Source: an uncultured virus (IMG/VR IMGVR_UViG_2061766007_003336) (Duplodnaviria; Heunggongvirae; Uroviricota; Caudoviricetes). Taken from it: a stretch of 64,000 bases of DNA. The notes beneath the pieces were generated by a model. The model was not told the origin of the DNA. It saw only the letters and a list, made by a program, of their open reading frames with translations, and did no database searches. Numbering within the stretch: the stretch's first letter is position 1; each line of letters opens with the position of its first letter. Of this stretch, positions 9,844 to 19,476 are shown piece by piece. Made by a program: the position numbers and the translations under genes. The stretch is taken from the IMG/VR virus record IMGVR_UViG_2061766007_003336, one strand, 5' to 3'.

Positions 9844-10429
9844 AGACTTAAATGATCTGGCAGACAGGCTCGAACACACAGTCATCAGAGCAGGTGAAGG
9901 CACTAAAGAAAAGTTTCTCGCCGACATGGCTGCAGCTGCCGCTCTGGCGGACAGGATTATCCCCATCCTGCGGATGGCAGCCATACTCCACAGATATAAT
10001 ATCCAGTTCGGTCAGTACCTGCCCGACTCGTTCCTGTGGTACTTCCGCAATTATGACGCGCACTACGAGTTTGATGATGGCGGTAAATACAAGCTTGGTA
10101 TCGACCGTTATGACATAGGGCGTAACAAATGCCTGCTCTCAATCCGTGCAGGCTACGTCAACCACAGCCTTGTCGAGTTTAAAGCGGCCCCTTGCGGCGA
10201 CGTATGGATCGACCACGACTATAACTGGAAGTACGGTATCCGTCACGACGGAACACCGCTGATCCAGAGACCGAAAAACGGAGGAGACGACCCTCTGATT
10301 ACCGAGCCATGGAATGTTCCTGAGTACAGGAATGCACCAGCACTGTTTCTCAAATACTTCCCTGTATTCGAGAAACACTTTGTAAAATACGTTACAAAAG
10401 TTATTAAAGAAATGGAGAAAGGAAAATGA
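9833..10429 (+). CDS. hypothetical protein (paralog of 49449-50039)
   Basis: AGGAGG SD; shares MAxxLHR, YEF, and FExxFxxYVxxVI motifs with 49449-50039. Confidence 0.75.
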   Translation: MNTKDLNDLADRLEHTVIRAGEGTKEKFLADMAAAAALADRIIPILRMAAILHRYNIQFGQYLPDSFLWYFRNYDAHYEFDDGGKYKLGIDRYDIGRNKCLLSIRAGYVNHSLVEFKAAPCGDVWIDHDYNWKYGIRHDGTPLIQRPKNGGDDPLITEPWNVPEYRNAPALFLKYFPVFEKHFVKYVTKVIKEMEKGK

Positions 10430-11145
10430 CAGAAACTTTAGCAAACAGAGAACTTATTCTTCCGGCGCTGTACTCCTGGCACGACGACGACTTCGTGAAG
10501 GCTGATCTTGAAGAACACTGCAGATTCGTCAGGAGAGCAGCTGAAACCGAACCTGTCCTTACGGAAATGATTTTCACGTCGCCGGCACCGCTGCTGATCA
10601 GGGTAGCGGCATTTGAACACTTTGTAATGTCAGTATACAGGGAAGACGATATCAGTACCTGGATATGTGATTTTGTAGAATCCTGTGAATGCAAAGGTAA
10701 TGGCAGCAGGCTGGTGCACGATTCCTGGCGCGAACAGTGGCTGTGCGACCACAACGGTATCGATCCTGAATGGGAGGAACCGTATCTTGCGGTTACGTTC
10801 GGGGTGTGTGCATCACACTCCGCGACTATCTGCCAGGCAGTAAAGAAAACTGTTGACGAAGCACTGCTCAACCGCGCATCTGAGCATGTGTTTACCGATC
10901 TTATCGTCAGGTATCCCGAATGGATCGATTCCGACAAATGGCCCGTCAAGTCCAGTGACTGGAGTGATCTTGAAGATTTTCTCGGCGAGACATTCGGGAA
11001 TATGGCGCAGGTATTCTATATGCTGCATACGGACCGTATGACCCACTGTACCGGCCGCCAGACAGCGTCGGACAGCATATGGAAAAAAGGATGGCTCAGC
11101 GATGCCTGCAACTTCGTTGACACGGCCAGCGGCGGACCGTGCTGA
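10426..11145 (+). CDS. hypothetical protein
   Basis: 239 aa ORF; ATGA overlap. Confidence 0.75.
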   Translation: MTETLANRELILPALYSWHDDDFVKADLEEHCRFVRRAAETEPVLTEMIFTSPAPLLIRVAAFEHFVMSVYREDDISTWICDFVESCECKGNGSRLVHDSWREQWLCDHNGIDPEWEEPYLAVTFGVCASHSATICQAVKKTVDEALLNRASEHVFTDLIVRYPEWIDSDKWPVKSSDWSDLEDFLGETFGNMAQVFYMLHTDRMTHCTGRQTASDSIWKKGWLSDACNFVDTASGGPC

Positions 11146-11155
11146 GGAGGATCCT

Positions 11156-11581
11156 ATGTCATACATAAACGATGATCCCAAAGACTACAGGAAGGCTGAT
11201 GCCGTCAGGCAGAAGTTCGACAAGGCACTTGAAGACGTTCTCAAGGTGCTGGATGAGATCAAGTACTGCTGCCCAGATGAATACTACACAGACGCAGTAA
11301 CGAAATTCAGGGCTGCGGCCCGCGGTGTACCTCTAGTCCTCGGCAGGCTGGAGCCCTGCCCGCTGTGCGGAAATGAGGTAAAATCTTTCGGTAGCGGCAA
11401 TCATTGGGGCCAGCCCGTAGCGTGGCATGCAGGCTGTGAGCACTGCGGAATCGCTCAGGTTGTTACTGTATATTCAGAGCCGTTCAAGAAGGCTACCGAC
11501 GAGGCTGTAACAGAAGCCCGCCTCAAGGCGGAAGAGAAATGGAATAATCTGGCACGCGGAAAGGGAGCGTCGATTCCGTAA
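11156..11581 (+). CDS. Lar-like Zn-finger protein with N-terminal helical extension
   Basis: LEPCPLCG...AGCEHCG...EKWNN; GAGGAGG SD before ATG 11156. Confidence 0.7.
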   Translation: MSYINDDPKDYRKADAVRQKFDKALEDVLKVLDEIKYCCPDEYYTDAVTKFRAAARGVPLVLGRLEPCPLCGNEVKSFGSGNHWGQPVAWHAGCEHCGIAQVVTVYSEPFKKATDEAVTEARLKAEEKWNNLARGKGASIP

Positions 11582-11605
11582 GCCGGCGGAGGTACAATGC
11601 TTAGT

Positions 11606-11633
11606 AAAGGCCGTTTTCATACGGCCTTTTTTT
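11606..11633 (+). terminator. intrinsic terminator
   Basis: AAAGGCCGT-TTTCAT-ACGGCCTTT plus T run. Confidence 0.8.
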
Positions 11634-11657
11634 CATCAAAACGGCGTGTGTAATTTA

Positions 11658-11674
11658 GATATAAATACTTGAAG
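11658..11674 (+). promoter_or_regulatory. putative phage-specific promoter motif
   Basis: GATATAAATACTTGAAG; similar motifs at 26099, 26762 and 56003 (minus strand), each at the head of a transcription unit. Confidence 0.45.
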
Positions 11675-11723
11675 AAACTCGAAAGAGAGTTTCACTTTAT
11701 TAACTGAGGCGAAGGAGGCCAAA

Positions 11724-12989
11724 ATGAAATTGATGTCTTTAGAAATGAAAAATTTTAAAGGTCTTTGCGGGAAGATTGATTTCCACAAAGACGTTACCGC
11801 TGTAATAGGGTACAGCGCAGCGTCGGGAAAAACGGCGCTTGTAGAAGCTCTGCTCCTTCTGCGGCGTATCATGGCAGGAGTAACCTATGAAAAAAGCTCG
11901 GACCTCGTCGCCGAAGGTACTGAGCTTACCGCAGAATTTGAAACGTCGTGCGGAAAACTCACATACTCCGTGCGGTTTGGTATTGAGGGCGGCTGCAACG
12001 GTAACGTGTGGGGAGACTGCAACGACAAGGAAACGGTTATCCGAAACGAACGGGTAACCATCGGCTCGAAGAAAATCGAAGCTGACGGCAGTGTTTATAT
12101 GGGCTATCCGATCCTTCCTAAAGGAGTAACGAAATGGAAGTTCGGTACCCTGCGTAAAAAGCTGCTGGAACCAGAGTGTGTGAATATGATGGTAGCACAC
12201 CGTAAGGGTGTGTCTTACATACTTTCGCGGTACCTGACTGAGAAAGCTCCGAAAGGCCCGGAATCCGAGGTTCTTTGCCAGGCGGCGTCAGCAATAGCTG
12301 AAGTGCGGAACTTTACGCAAGCCAGGATAGCCCTTGGTAACAGAACTCTCCAGAGCCCGCTGCTCAAGGTTCCCGGCCAGCCGCACTGGAGATTCATCCA
12401 CGCGTCGAATGACGACACACACGGCAGCGTACTGGCCAATGAAGATGTGCTCGGGCTTCAGGAAGAGATTAAGAAAGTCAACCCTATCCTTGAGCATACA
12501 GTAGGAGCCAGCCTGGCTGTAACTTGTGTGCCGTGGGATCCCGCACAGCAGGTCGTTCACGCTATTACGGTGACCTCTAACAGGCATGAAATGCCGTTGG
12601 AAAAGTGTCCGCCAAGCCTAGCTGCCATGGTCAGGCTGGTGTGGTATCTGGTCAGCCCGTTCAAAGGTGAGACTGTCATTATTGACGACCTCGACCTGGG
12701 TCTTCCTGAGGACCTGTTCAGGGACATCACGGCATGTCTCGCCGGCAGGGAGGTCTCGGGTCAGGTTATCTTCACCTGCAGAAGTCTTGCGCCGCTCGAC
12801 CTCTGCGATGAAGGCAGGCTCGACATCAAATCGATTCGGACCACAGGAACGCTGGATCCGGATTCTGCGTTCCACACGCCGTGTTTCTCCTCTGATAGCG
12901 GAACTTCCTTCCGCCTTCAGCACAGAAGGTGGTGGACGGACAACGACGGTAAGGAGCTCAAGGAACTTCTTACCGCCGGAGAAAAATAA
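11724..12989 (+). CDS. AAA_21/ABC-type ATPase-like protein with degenerate motifs
   Basis: N-terminal LxMKNFK strand, Walker A GYSAASGKT, Walker B VIIDDLD, GQVIFTCRS at the H-loop position. Confidence 0.75.
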   Translation: MKLMSLEMKNFKGLCGKIDFHKDVTAVIGYSAASGKTALVEALLLLRRIMAGVTYEKSSDLVAEGTELTAEFETSCGKLTYSVRFGIEGGCNGNVWGDCNDKETVIRNERVTIGSKKIEADGSVYMGYPILPKGVTKWKFGTLRKKLLEPECVNMMVAHRKGVSYILSRYLTEKAPKGPESEVLCQAASAIAEVRNFTQARIALGNRTLQSPLLKVPGQPHWRFIHASNDDTHGSVLANEDVLGLQEEIKKVNPILEHTVGASLAVTCVPWDPAQQVVHAITVTSNRHEMPLEKCPPSLAAMVRLVWYLVSPFKGETVIIDDLDLGLPEDLFRDITACLAGREVSGQVIFTCRSLAPLDLCDEGRLDIKSIRTTGTLDPDSAFHTPCFSSDSGTSFRLQHRRWWTDNDGKELKELLTAGEK

Positions 12990-13050
12990 AAACTATGCCC
13001 CGCAGCCGGGTGGAGCTGCGGGGTAAACTTGTTAACGGAGGAGAAAAAGC

Positions 13051-13356
13051 ATGAAAAAACTCTTGATTAACACAGGCTGTGACCTGAGGAAGGGAATCGA
13101 TGCCCTGGTTCTGGTCACAGACGAGAAGTGTGAAGGGCTTAAGGAACTTAAGTCTTTTGCGCTGGAACGGGGCCTGACCCCACCGGTTTATACCGGAGAA
13201 GGCAGATGGGTATGTCTGCCGATTATGAACATTGGATCTGAGCTCTGCGACGGGATGTTTGTCGAGCTCGCAGCCAGAATCTTTGGCGACAAGAAGCGAA
13301 GAGTTTTGACTGTTGAAGCGGTCCCCGGAGGGGGATCAATACTCGAAATACAATAA
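13051..13356 (+). CDS. hypothetical protein
   Basis: GGAGG SD; 101 aa. Confidence 0.7.
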   Translation: MKKLLINTGCDLRKGIDALVLVTDEKCEGLKELKSFALERGLTPPVYTGEGRWVCLPIMNIGSELCDGMFVELAARIFGDKKRRVLTVEAVPGGGSILEIQ

Positions 13357-13369
13357 AGGAGGATGAAAC

Positions 13370-13651
13370 ATGAAAGTAAAATTTGAAGATCTGGTGGCGT
13401 TAATTGATTGCGCAACCAAAGGCTCGATCGAAATCGTAATCGGCGGATTCAGCGATTACGACGACGTAATTTCGAACTTGGAGACAGGCTTCCATCCTAA
13501 AGCGGATGGTCGCGTTGGTTACGATTTCAGGCGTGACGACGAGTGATTGGAGATTTTCCATGAGGATATGACTGGTCATATTGACCGTCATGCGGTAGTG
13601 GACCTCAGCCACAAGGAATATCTTCGAGTCAAAGTCGCCGTACTGGATTAA
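13370..13651 (+). pseudogene. 93-codon gene interrupted by an in-frame TGA (13544-13546)
   Basis: AGGAGG SD, MKVKFEDL...RRDDE*LEIFHED...VAVLD* fills the space to the terminator; absent from the ORF track. Confidence 0.55.
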
Positions 13652-13660
13652 ACGGCTTAG

Positions 13661-13689
13661 AGAACGGGGGGGTTATGCCCCCTCGTTCT
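13661..13689. terminator. hairpin between convergent genes (probable bidirectional terminator)
   Basis: AGAACGGGGGGG-TTATG-CCCCCTCGTTCT. Confidence 0.6.
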
Positions 13690-13698
13690 TCAGATGAA

Positions 13699-14325
13699 TT
13701 ATTTTCTGGATTTCTTTTTTTTGCCGGATCTTGCTTCTTCCTGAACAGGCTCGTCTTCAGCCGGAACTTCGGGGATGGTTTCTTCTTCCGGTTCAACTGC
13801 TGAGTCAACAGGCTCTTCAGCCGGAGTCTCTACCGTCTCTGCTACCGGTTCAGCCGCGTCCTCAACCGGAGCCGGTGCTTCTCCTGCAGGCTCGGCGGTT
13901 TCCTCAACTGCGGGTTCAGCTGCAGGCTCCGCTGGAACTTCTTCTTTAGCCGGTGCCGGTTCAGCAGGAACTTCTACCATACCTTTTTCAAGGATCATTT
14001 TCGCAAAGTTGAACGCCGGGGTATGAGATACACCTGAGACCATGCAGCCGCACTTGAGCGCCGCTACCCACATCGCAACAGTCTTCTTGTCTATGCCTTT
14101 CGGATCAGACTTCTTAAGGAGCTCGTCGCAGGACAGACGTCTTGATACCAGCGCATATCTGTCAGCGTTGGCTTTAGCCTGGAAAACTTTGAACGCTCCC
14201 TGAGCCATCATTCTGGCAAAATCCCTGAGCTTAAGGAAGCCCGGATTAACGAAAACGGGCGTACCGGGACGGAACTCCGCTCCCGCTACTACGAATGTTC
14301 TTCTTGCATCGTTTACTACGTACAT
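13699..14325 (-). CDS. hypothetical protein with Pro/Ala/Glu-rich low-complexity tail and basic C-terminus
   Basis: GGAGGT SD; PAEPA repeats; ends KKKKSRK. Confidence 0.8.
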   Translation of the reverse strand: MYVVNDARRTFVVAGAEFRPGTPVFVNPGFLKLRDFARMMAQGAFKVFQAKANADRYALVSRRLSCDELLKKSDPKGIDKKTVAMWVAALKCGCMVSGVSHTPAFNFAKMILEKGMVEVPAEPAPAKEEVPAEPAAEPAVEETAEPAGEAPAPVEDAAEPVAETVETPAEEPVDSAVEPEEETIPEVPAEDEPVQEEARSGKKKKSRK

Positions 14326-14348
14326 AGTTATTACCTCCGTAAAAATTA

Positions 14349-16181
14349 TTATTGCTGTTGTACCGCCGCCTCGGCCTCTCTTCTCTGTATGCCTCTGAGC
14401 TCCTCGAGCTTTTTCGCAACTACCGCGTAGAGTACAAAATCTTCCTGAGCCACATCGGAAAGTACCGATCTGACGTATCCGGAATCCTGACCCGAAAGCT
14501 CCTCAGCCATCTGCTCGGCCTCGGTGATGATGTTCTGTTTAGCTATGTGCATATTGCCGCCCTCAACAGTGCTGCTGTCCATCTGTTCACGCTCGACTTC
14601 ATCCTGCTGCATCTTTGCAACCGCCCTGTTGACTTCGATCTTATATCTCTCTTCATCGAGTACGCCTTCCTTCATGTAGCTTCTCCAGAGATCAAGGCTC
14701 GGCATACCGAGATCATTCATCAGCTCGTCCATAGGAAGCTGACCGGTCTGTACGAGCTGCATTCTCTGCTGCAGATTCATGCCCTGGTTAAGCTGACTGA
14801 CCTGTGTCATCCACAGTGTCGGCCTCTCCTCCTTGTCTTTGCTGTTGCAGGCACTGTTGTACTGGACGCTGGTAAGGCACATAATGTTGTTCATAAGTTT
14901 CAGGAACATGCCGTTAAACTCTCCGATTATGTTGTTCCACGCCTCGATCCTTACCGGATCACCCGCGATGCCCGAGCCCCCGCTCAGTGCATCCCCCGAG
15001 AAGCCCAGAGCGCCGAGCACCAGATTGTTGTACGTCATCAGCTCATTGACGCTCATAAATCTTTTTCCGTCACCGAACAGCGGCGTCGTGTCGACAGGCA
15101 TCGGTGAATAGAGCACTCTGGCGATGTCACCCTCCTGATGCTTCTTGATACCGTCAACAATGAAGTCTCTGAACTGACCCTGTGCTATGCCTTCGTAAGC
15201 AGGGTTGGTGTTGTTGACAGGGGAAACGATATAAAGCGGGTCGATCTTTGAAAATGCAAGGCCCTCGTTACCCATCTTGTAAATATCCATCGCTATCGTG
15301 TCAGATACTGATGATATTACCGGAGCTACAGGATCACCGCATGCGCTTATGCCTGCAAATTCTCTCAGCGAGAAGAGCATGTAGTAAGACGGGTCGGGGA
15401 TGTAGACCGTTTCCTTGGACGCATAGGTTACCGCAAGGTTCCACGGAACGTTATACAGATCGAACCAGTCAATCTCGGTATCCATTTTGAGCTTGCCGTG
15501 ATAGTACTTCGGATCGATTACCACACGTGTGCTGCCGGTATCGTTCTTATCGACCGTGAACAGCTTCGGATTTATCAGAGTCAGCCTTCCCGGCTTTGAG
15601 AACTTCCATACCGTCGTCGGTACGCCCTCTATCCTGCTGTTGCACTTCGGGCAGTCGCATCTCAGGCCGTACTGCTTCGGGTGCTGCCTTTTTTCCGAAT
15701 CTGAAAGACGTGACTCTGCCCGGACCTTCTGCGTTCCGTCTTCGTCAAAGTCGGTGTATATAATCTTCATCGGATACTGGTAGCCCGGAGTGTTTACCGG
15801 AAACATCTCGTGGCATTTCGGACATTTCATCGATATGATCTGCTGAGGGAAATATATCAAGCAGGTGTAGTTGTACATGAACACTGACAGCCATGACGCC
15901 TTCAACGCCTTCAGTGCGCCTATCTCCTTGTAGACCCTGCGCACGTTCTCCTTGAGCTTGGGGTCGCTTGATACGATTCTTATAGGAGAAGCGAAGTACG
16001 CCGCTATCATAGACAGCGGACCTGCAAGACCCCCGTGGAAGACCACGGTTCTTGTTATGAAATCTATGAACTCTTCCTTGGAGTCATAAGGAATAATTTT
16101 TGACCTTATGGAATAGGACTTGCAGAGTTTGTCATAGAAGTCGACCGTATAGGAAGGAGTGTAGAATTTTCCACTGGACAT
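14349..16181 (-). CDS. putative portal protein with inserted Zn-ribbon
   Basis: 610 aa; portal-like layout (AAYFASPI, DPVAPVIS...YKMGNE, NLVLGALGFSGDAL, ELMNDLG); two CPKC pairs; morphogenesis context. Function inferred. Confidence 0.5.
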   Translation of the reverse strand: MSSGKFYTPSYTVDFYDKLCKSYSIRSKIIPYDSKEEFIDFITRTVVFHGGLAGPLSMIAAYFASPIRIVSSDPKLKENVRRVYKEIGALKALKASWLSVFMYNYTCLIYFPQQIISMKCPKCHEMFPVNTPGYQYPMKIIYTDFDEDGTQKVRAESRLSDSEKRQHPKQYGLRCDCPKCNSRIEGVPTTVWKFSKPGRLTLINPKLFTVDKNDTGSTRVVIDPKYYHGKLKMDTEIDWFDLYNVPWNLAVTYASKETVYIPDPSYYMLFSLREFAGISACGDPVAPVISSVSDTIAMDIYKMGNEGLAFSKIDPLYIVSPVNNTNPAYEGIAQGQFRDFIVDGIKKHQEGDIARVLYSPMPVDTTPLFGDGKRFMSVNELMTYNNLVLGALGFSGDALSGGSGIAGDPVRIEAWNNIIGEFNGMFLKLMNNIMCLTSVQYNSACNSKDKEERPTLWMTQVSQLNQGMNLQQRMQLVQTGQLPMDELMNDLGMPSLDLWRSYMKEGVLDEERYKIEVNRAVAKMQQDEVEREQMDSSTVEGGNMHIAKQNIITEAEQMAEELSGQDSGYVRSVLSDVAQEDFVLYAVVAKKLEELRGIQRREAEAAVQQQ

Positions 16182-16192
16182 TTATCTTCTCC

Positions 16193-17440
16193 CTAAGAAA
16201 TGTTTACAGTAAAGAACCACGCTTTTTCAGGGTTCGAAAGGTCTATTGAAGGACGTATCGCAACCATCTGGGCCTCGATGGTCTGGAGCAGACTTTTGTC
16301 AGATTCTATAGCCGCTGTGATCGCCTCGATATCAAGCGTCACCTGCGTCATCTGATCATCGACCTTGTCGAGCAGCTTTTTAACGGCGTCCGTCAGTTTG
16401 TCAAGAGACTCTCCTGACGTGTATGTATCCTGGTCCATGGACTGGACCCATTTTATCAGCTTGTAAATACGCTCAAGGTGGGCTTTTAAATCGGAGTCTG
16501 AAGTTTCATCAATATCGTACATCCTGGCAGCGTCGGTTCTGGCGCTGTTGACGTCCTTGAACAGCTGGTATACCGCTGCACCGTCATGGTCCCACGTATC
16601 ATCTTCGGGGTTATAGGTACCGAGATAGAGCTGTTGTATCTCATCATCGGCGATACCCCCTTCAGTGACGGAGAGCTTTGTGATCAGGATGTCTACATCC
16701 GATTTAAACAAGTCACAGTCATTGAGAAATTTTTTCGCACTGTTTTTGTTGTTCTCCACTGCCACCTTATACCCTCCGAGAGTCTCCTGCAGCGTATCGA
16801 GGCTGCTGCGCACCTGGTCCAGATCAGAGTAGCGCTGGGCCGGCGCTCCCGCCGTCACTACAAAACTGTCTGCGGCCTCCTTGATCGACCCTGTCAGTGT
16901 CTGGACCTGCTCGAGCACCGGCTTGTAGATGTTCTTTTTTACCGAAAGCTCGGTCTCCTCGGCGGCGAGTCTGTACTTTACAGCCCTCCACTGCCCTATG
17001 AGCCTGTCGAGAAGACTGTCGGAATAGTCGGGCAGGACCAGACTTTTTTTCGTCTGGCTCAGATCAGAGTAGGAATCGACGTATGCGTTAAGATTATAGT
17101 AGAACTCGGTGAGCTCTGCCAGAATGGCCTTCTGGTCGGAAGCGGGCGTATTGTAATCACTGTACGACGCCGAGAACATATTGGATCTGTATTCGTCCTC
17201 TGACGAGTCGGCCTTCAGGCTCAGGAACTGCTGGACGGTGCATACTCCGGCATAAACCGGCTTCATGGAATCCTGATCCTTCCGGTACACGAAGCAGCAG
17301 TGCGGCGACATGTCTGACACGCTGAGGTCGAACGGATTCGTATCAATAAGTGATAAGGTAAAGGTCAGGGTAAAGCTGCGCCCCGCCGCTTCATTGGTGA
17401 AGGACTGTATGTCCGTATCGAGCCTGACTTTTCCGCCCAT
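16193..17440 (-). CDS. hypothetical protein with long coiled coil (possible virion protein)
   Basis: 415 aa; heptad-rich central and C-terminal regions; co-oriented with portal candidate. Confidence 0.75.
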   Translation of the reverse strand: MGGKVRLDTDIQSFTNEAAGRSFTLTFTLSLIDTNPFDLSVSDMSPHCCFVYRKDQDSMKPVYAGVCTVQQFLSLKADSSEDEYRSNMFSASYSDYNTPASDQKAILAELTEFYYNLNAYVDSYSDLSQTKKSLVLPDYSDSLLDRLIGQWRAVKYRLAAEETELSVKKNIYKPVLEQVQTLTGSIKEAADSFVVTAGAPAQRYSDLDQVRSSLDTLQETLGGYKVAVENNKNSAKKFLNDCDLFKSDVDILITKLSVTEGGIADDEIQQLYLGTYNPEDDTWDHDGAAVYQLFKDVNSARTDAARMYDIDETSDSDLKAHLERIYKLIKWVQSMDQDTYTSGESLDKLTDAVKKLLDKVDDQMTQVTLDIEAITAAIESDKSLLQTIEAQMVAIRPSIDLSNPEKAWFFTVNIS

Positions 17441-17442
17441 GT

Positions 17443-18126
17443 CTAAACCTCCTCTTCGTCCTCTTCGTCGCCCTCATTTCTGACGATAACGTCACCCAGC
17501 TCAGGTATCGGGAACAGCTGTCCCGCTTTTCCGGCAGCGGGTTTTTCATCGTCGGAATTGTACTCGGAAGTGTCTTTATTGGCAAGTTCCTCTCCATTGC
17601 GGACCTCCTCTATGAACTCAGCCAGCATGGCAGTGACTTTAACGCATTCAGGAGTCGGACCTCCCGGTATGCCTGCAGTGAACATTTCCCACGCCCTCTT
17701 TGTTTCCTCAAGCCCTCCGGTATGTGTGATCTTCGGTACCATGTTCTTCTGGCATTCTATGTACTCAGTCATCTTTCTGCATGCGAGTCCGAAATCGTTC
17801 TTTCTGTAGACCAGCATGACATGGTATCCGGTGTTTTTGTAATAAGTGTCCGCGCTCTTCTCCTCGTCGACCGTGAACTGACCTTCCTCCCGTACGATGG
17901 ATACTTCAGGATCGTTGATGATCCCTTCGTACAGAGCTTTGTCTGCGGCTACCGCAAGGTTGGCGAACAATACGCTGGTATACGCATAGTTTCCTATGAT
18001 TGACGCAAGATGCTGCGCATATACCTGTGCAAGTTCGGTAGCGCTTCTCGATGTTCCCGTTCTGTCGGTTTCCCCGGCAGCCATCTTAAGGAAAGACATT
18101 TCACTGAATGCTGTGTTTCCCGACAT
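17443..18126 (-). CDS. hypothetical protein with N-terminal K-x-A motif and acidic tail
   Basis: AGGAGGAGG SD; MSGNTAFSEMSFLKMAAG. Confidence 0.8.
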   Translation of the reverse strand: MSGNTAFSEMSFLKMAAGETDRTGTSRSATELAQVYAQHLASIIGNYAYTSVLFANLAVAADKALYEGIINDPEVSIVREEGQFTVDEEKSADTYYKNTGYHVMLVYRKNDFGLACRKMTEYIECQKNMVPKITHTGGLEETKRAWEMFTAGIPGGPTPECVKVTAMLAEFIEEVRNGEELANKDTSEYNSDDEKPAAGKAGQLFPIPELGDVIVRNEGDEEDEEEV

Positions 18127-18149
18127 TTTATCCTCCTCCTGTCTGTTTA

Positions 18150-18300
18150 CTGACTACTCCCACGACTTCAGTCACGGGGTTCTTGGGGCAAGCATAGTCT
18201 ACTGACTTACTTTATGCCCGCAGAGGGATAGCCCTTCCCTCAAAATATTCTTTGCAGCATTCAAATCTCTGTCAAGAAAAATATTACAGTTAGGGCAGAC
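18150..18300 (-). ncRNA. putative TnpB omega/reRNA scaffold (5' end uncertain)
   Basis: Established TnpB architecture: scaffold overlaps the tnpB 3' end and right end; guide would be the adjacent flank TAAACAGACAGGAGGAGG. Confidence 0.55.
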
Positions 18301-19344
18301 CCAGCTTCTCACCGAAAGGTTTTTCACCTCAGGGTTAATACTTCCGCAGACAGAACATGTTTGGCTGCTAGGGTAAAACCTGTCTATTTCAACTAGAGTT
18401 CCGCACTTATATTTCAGCATGGAGAGAAACGTACTCCAGCCTGCTTCTGAGATTACTCTGGAAAGTTTACGGTTTTTGACCATATTCTTTACAGATAACG
18501 TTTCCGCACAGACCGTGTAGTACTTCTTTGCTAAATAAGTGCTCAATTTATGAAGAAAATCTTTTCTCTGAAAACCTGTTTTCTCATGGAGTTTACAGAC
18601 TTTCTTCATAGTTTTCTTCCAGTTGTTGGACTGTTCTTCCCTTCGTTTTCCGATTTTGTATTTCCGGCTCAGGGAACGCTGCATTACTCTTAAACGTTTA
18701 AGGTTACGGGAGAGATATTTTTGGTTTTCGAATACCTCTCCCTCGCTTGTAACGCAGTAATGCTTTATCCCTAAATCGATACCTATAGTGCTGCCGTTAT
18801 CCGGTGTCTTTTCCTTATTCACACAGTAAACAACAAAAATAAAGAATCTGCCGGTTGGAGTATAACTTACGGTGTAACGCTTTATTTGTTTTACCGGAAT
18901 TGCTTTATTACTTCCCTTGAATATCTTGACTGGTCCGATTTTCGGAAGTTTTACTTTCCAATTCTCAAAATCTACCTGGCACGGAACCGGAATACTAAAA
19001 CTGTCCCCGTTATGTTTTCTGTGAAACTTAGGAAAACCAAAATGACGGTCAGTTTTTCTGTGAACAAGAAAATCTCTCAATGCTTTTTGTTGCTGAAGAA
19101 ATACTTGCTGCAGAGCTTGGGATGGAGCTTCACAAAGAAAAGTGAACTCTTTTTTAAGACAATTAAGGGTGCTATTAAGCTCAGGTACAGACAGGATAAA
19201 CTTCTTTTCTGACTCATACCTGGTTACACTTAGAGCCAGCAGCTTATTCCAAACAAAACGGGTACACCCTAACATACGTTTAAGGATTTCTCTTTGTGTC
19301 GCAGTAGGGGCTATCTCATATTTTATAGCACGGTAGGTTATCAT
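18199..19344 (-). CDS. tnpB: RNA-guided endonuclease TnpB
   Basis: HTH_OrfB N-terminus (GCTRFVWN), RuvC-I GIDLGIK, RuvC-II AETL, Zn finger CSVCG...CPNC, RuvC-III DRDLNAAKNI. Confidence 0.95.
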   Translation of the reverse strand: MITYRAIKYEIAPTATQREILKRMLGCTRFVWNKLLALSVTRYESEKKFILSVPELNSTLNCLKKEFTFLCEAPSQALQQVFLQQQKALRDFLVHRKTDRHFGFPKFHRKHNGDSFSIPVPCQVDFENWKVKLPKIGPVKIFKGSNKAIPVKQIKRYTVSYTPTGRFFIFVVYCVNKEKTPDNGSTIGIDLGIKHYCVTSEGEVFENQKYLSRNLKRLRVMQRSLSRKYKIGKRREEQSNNWKKTMKKVCKLHEKTGFQRKDFLHKLSTYLAKKYYTVCAETLSVKNMVKNRKLSRVISEAGWSTFLSMLKYKCGTLVEIDRFYPSSQTCSVCGSINPEVKNLSVRSWVCPNCNIFLDRDLNAAKNILREGLSLCGHKVSQ

Positions 19345-19476
19345 ATTAACCTCACAAAACTTTTACTATTTTATTGACTTAGATGGGAAGTCAAATTTTA
19401 CTAATCAGATTTAGATTTTTCTTAGCGGCAAGGCTCTCATCCCCCTACTGAAGTAGGGGGTCTTTCCACCTAAGAA

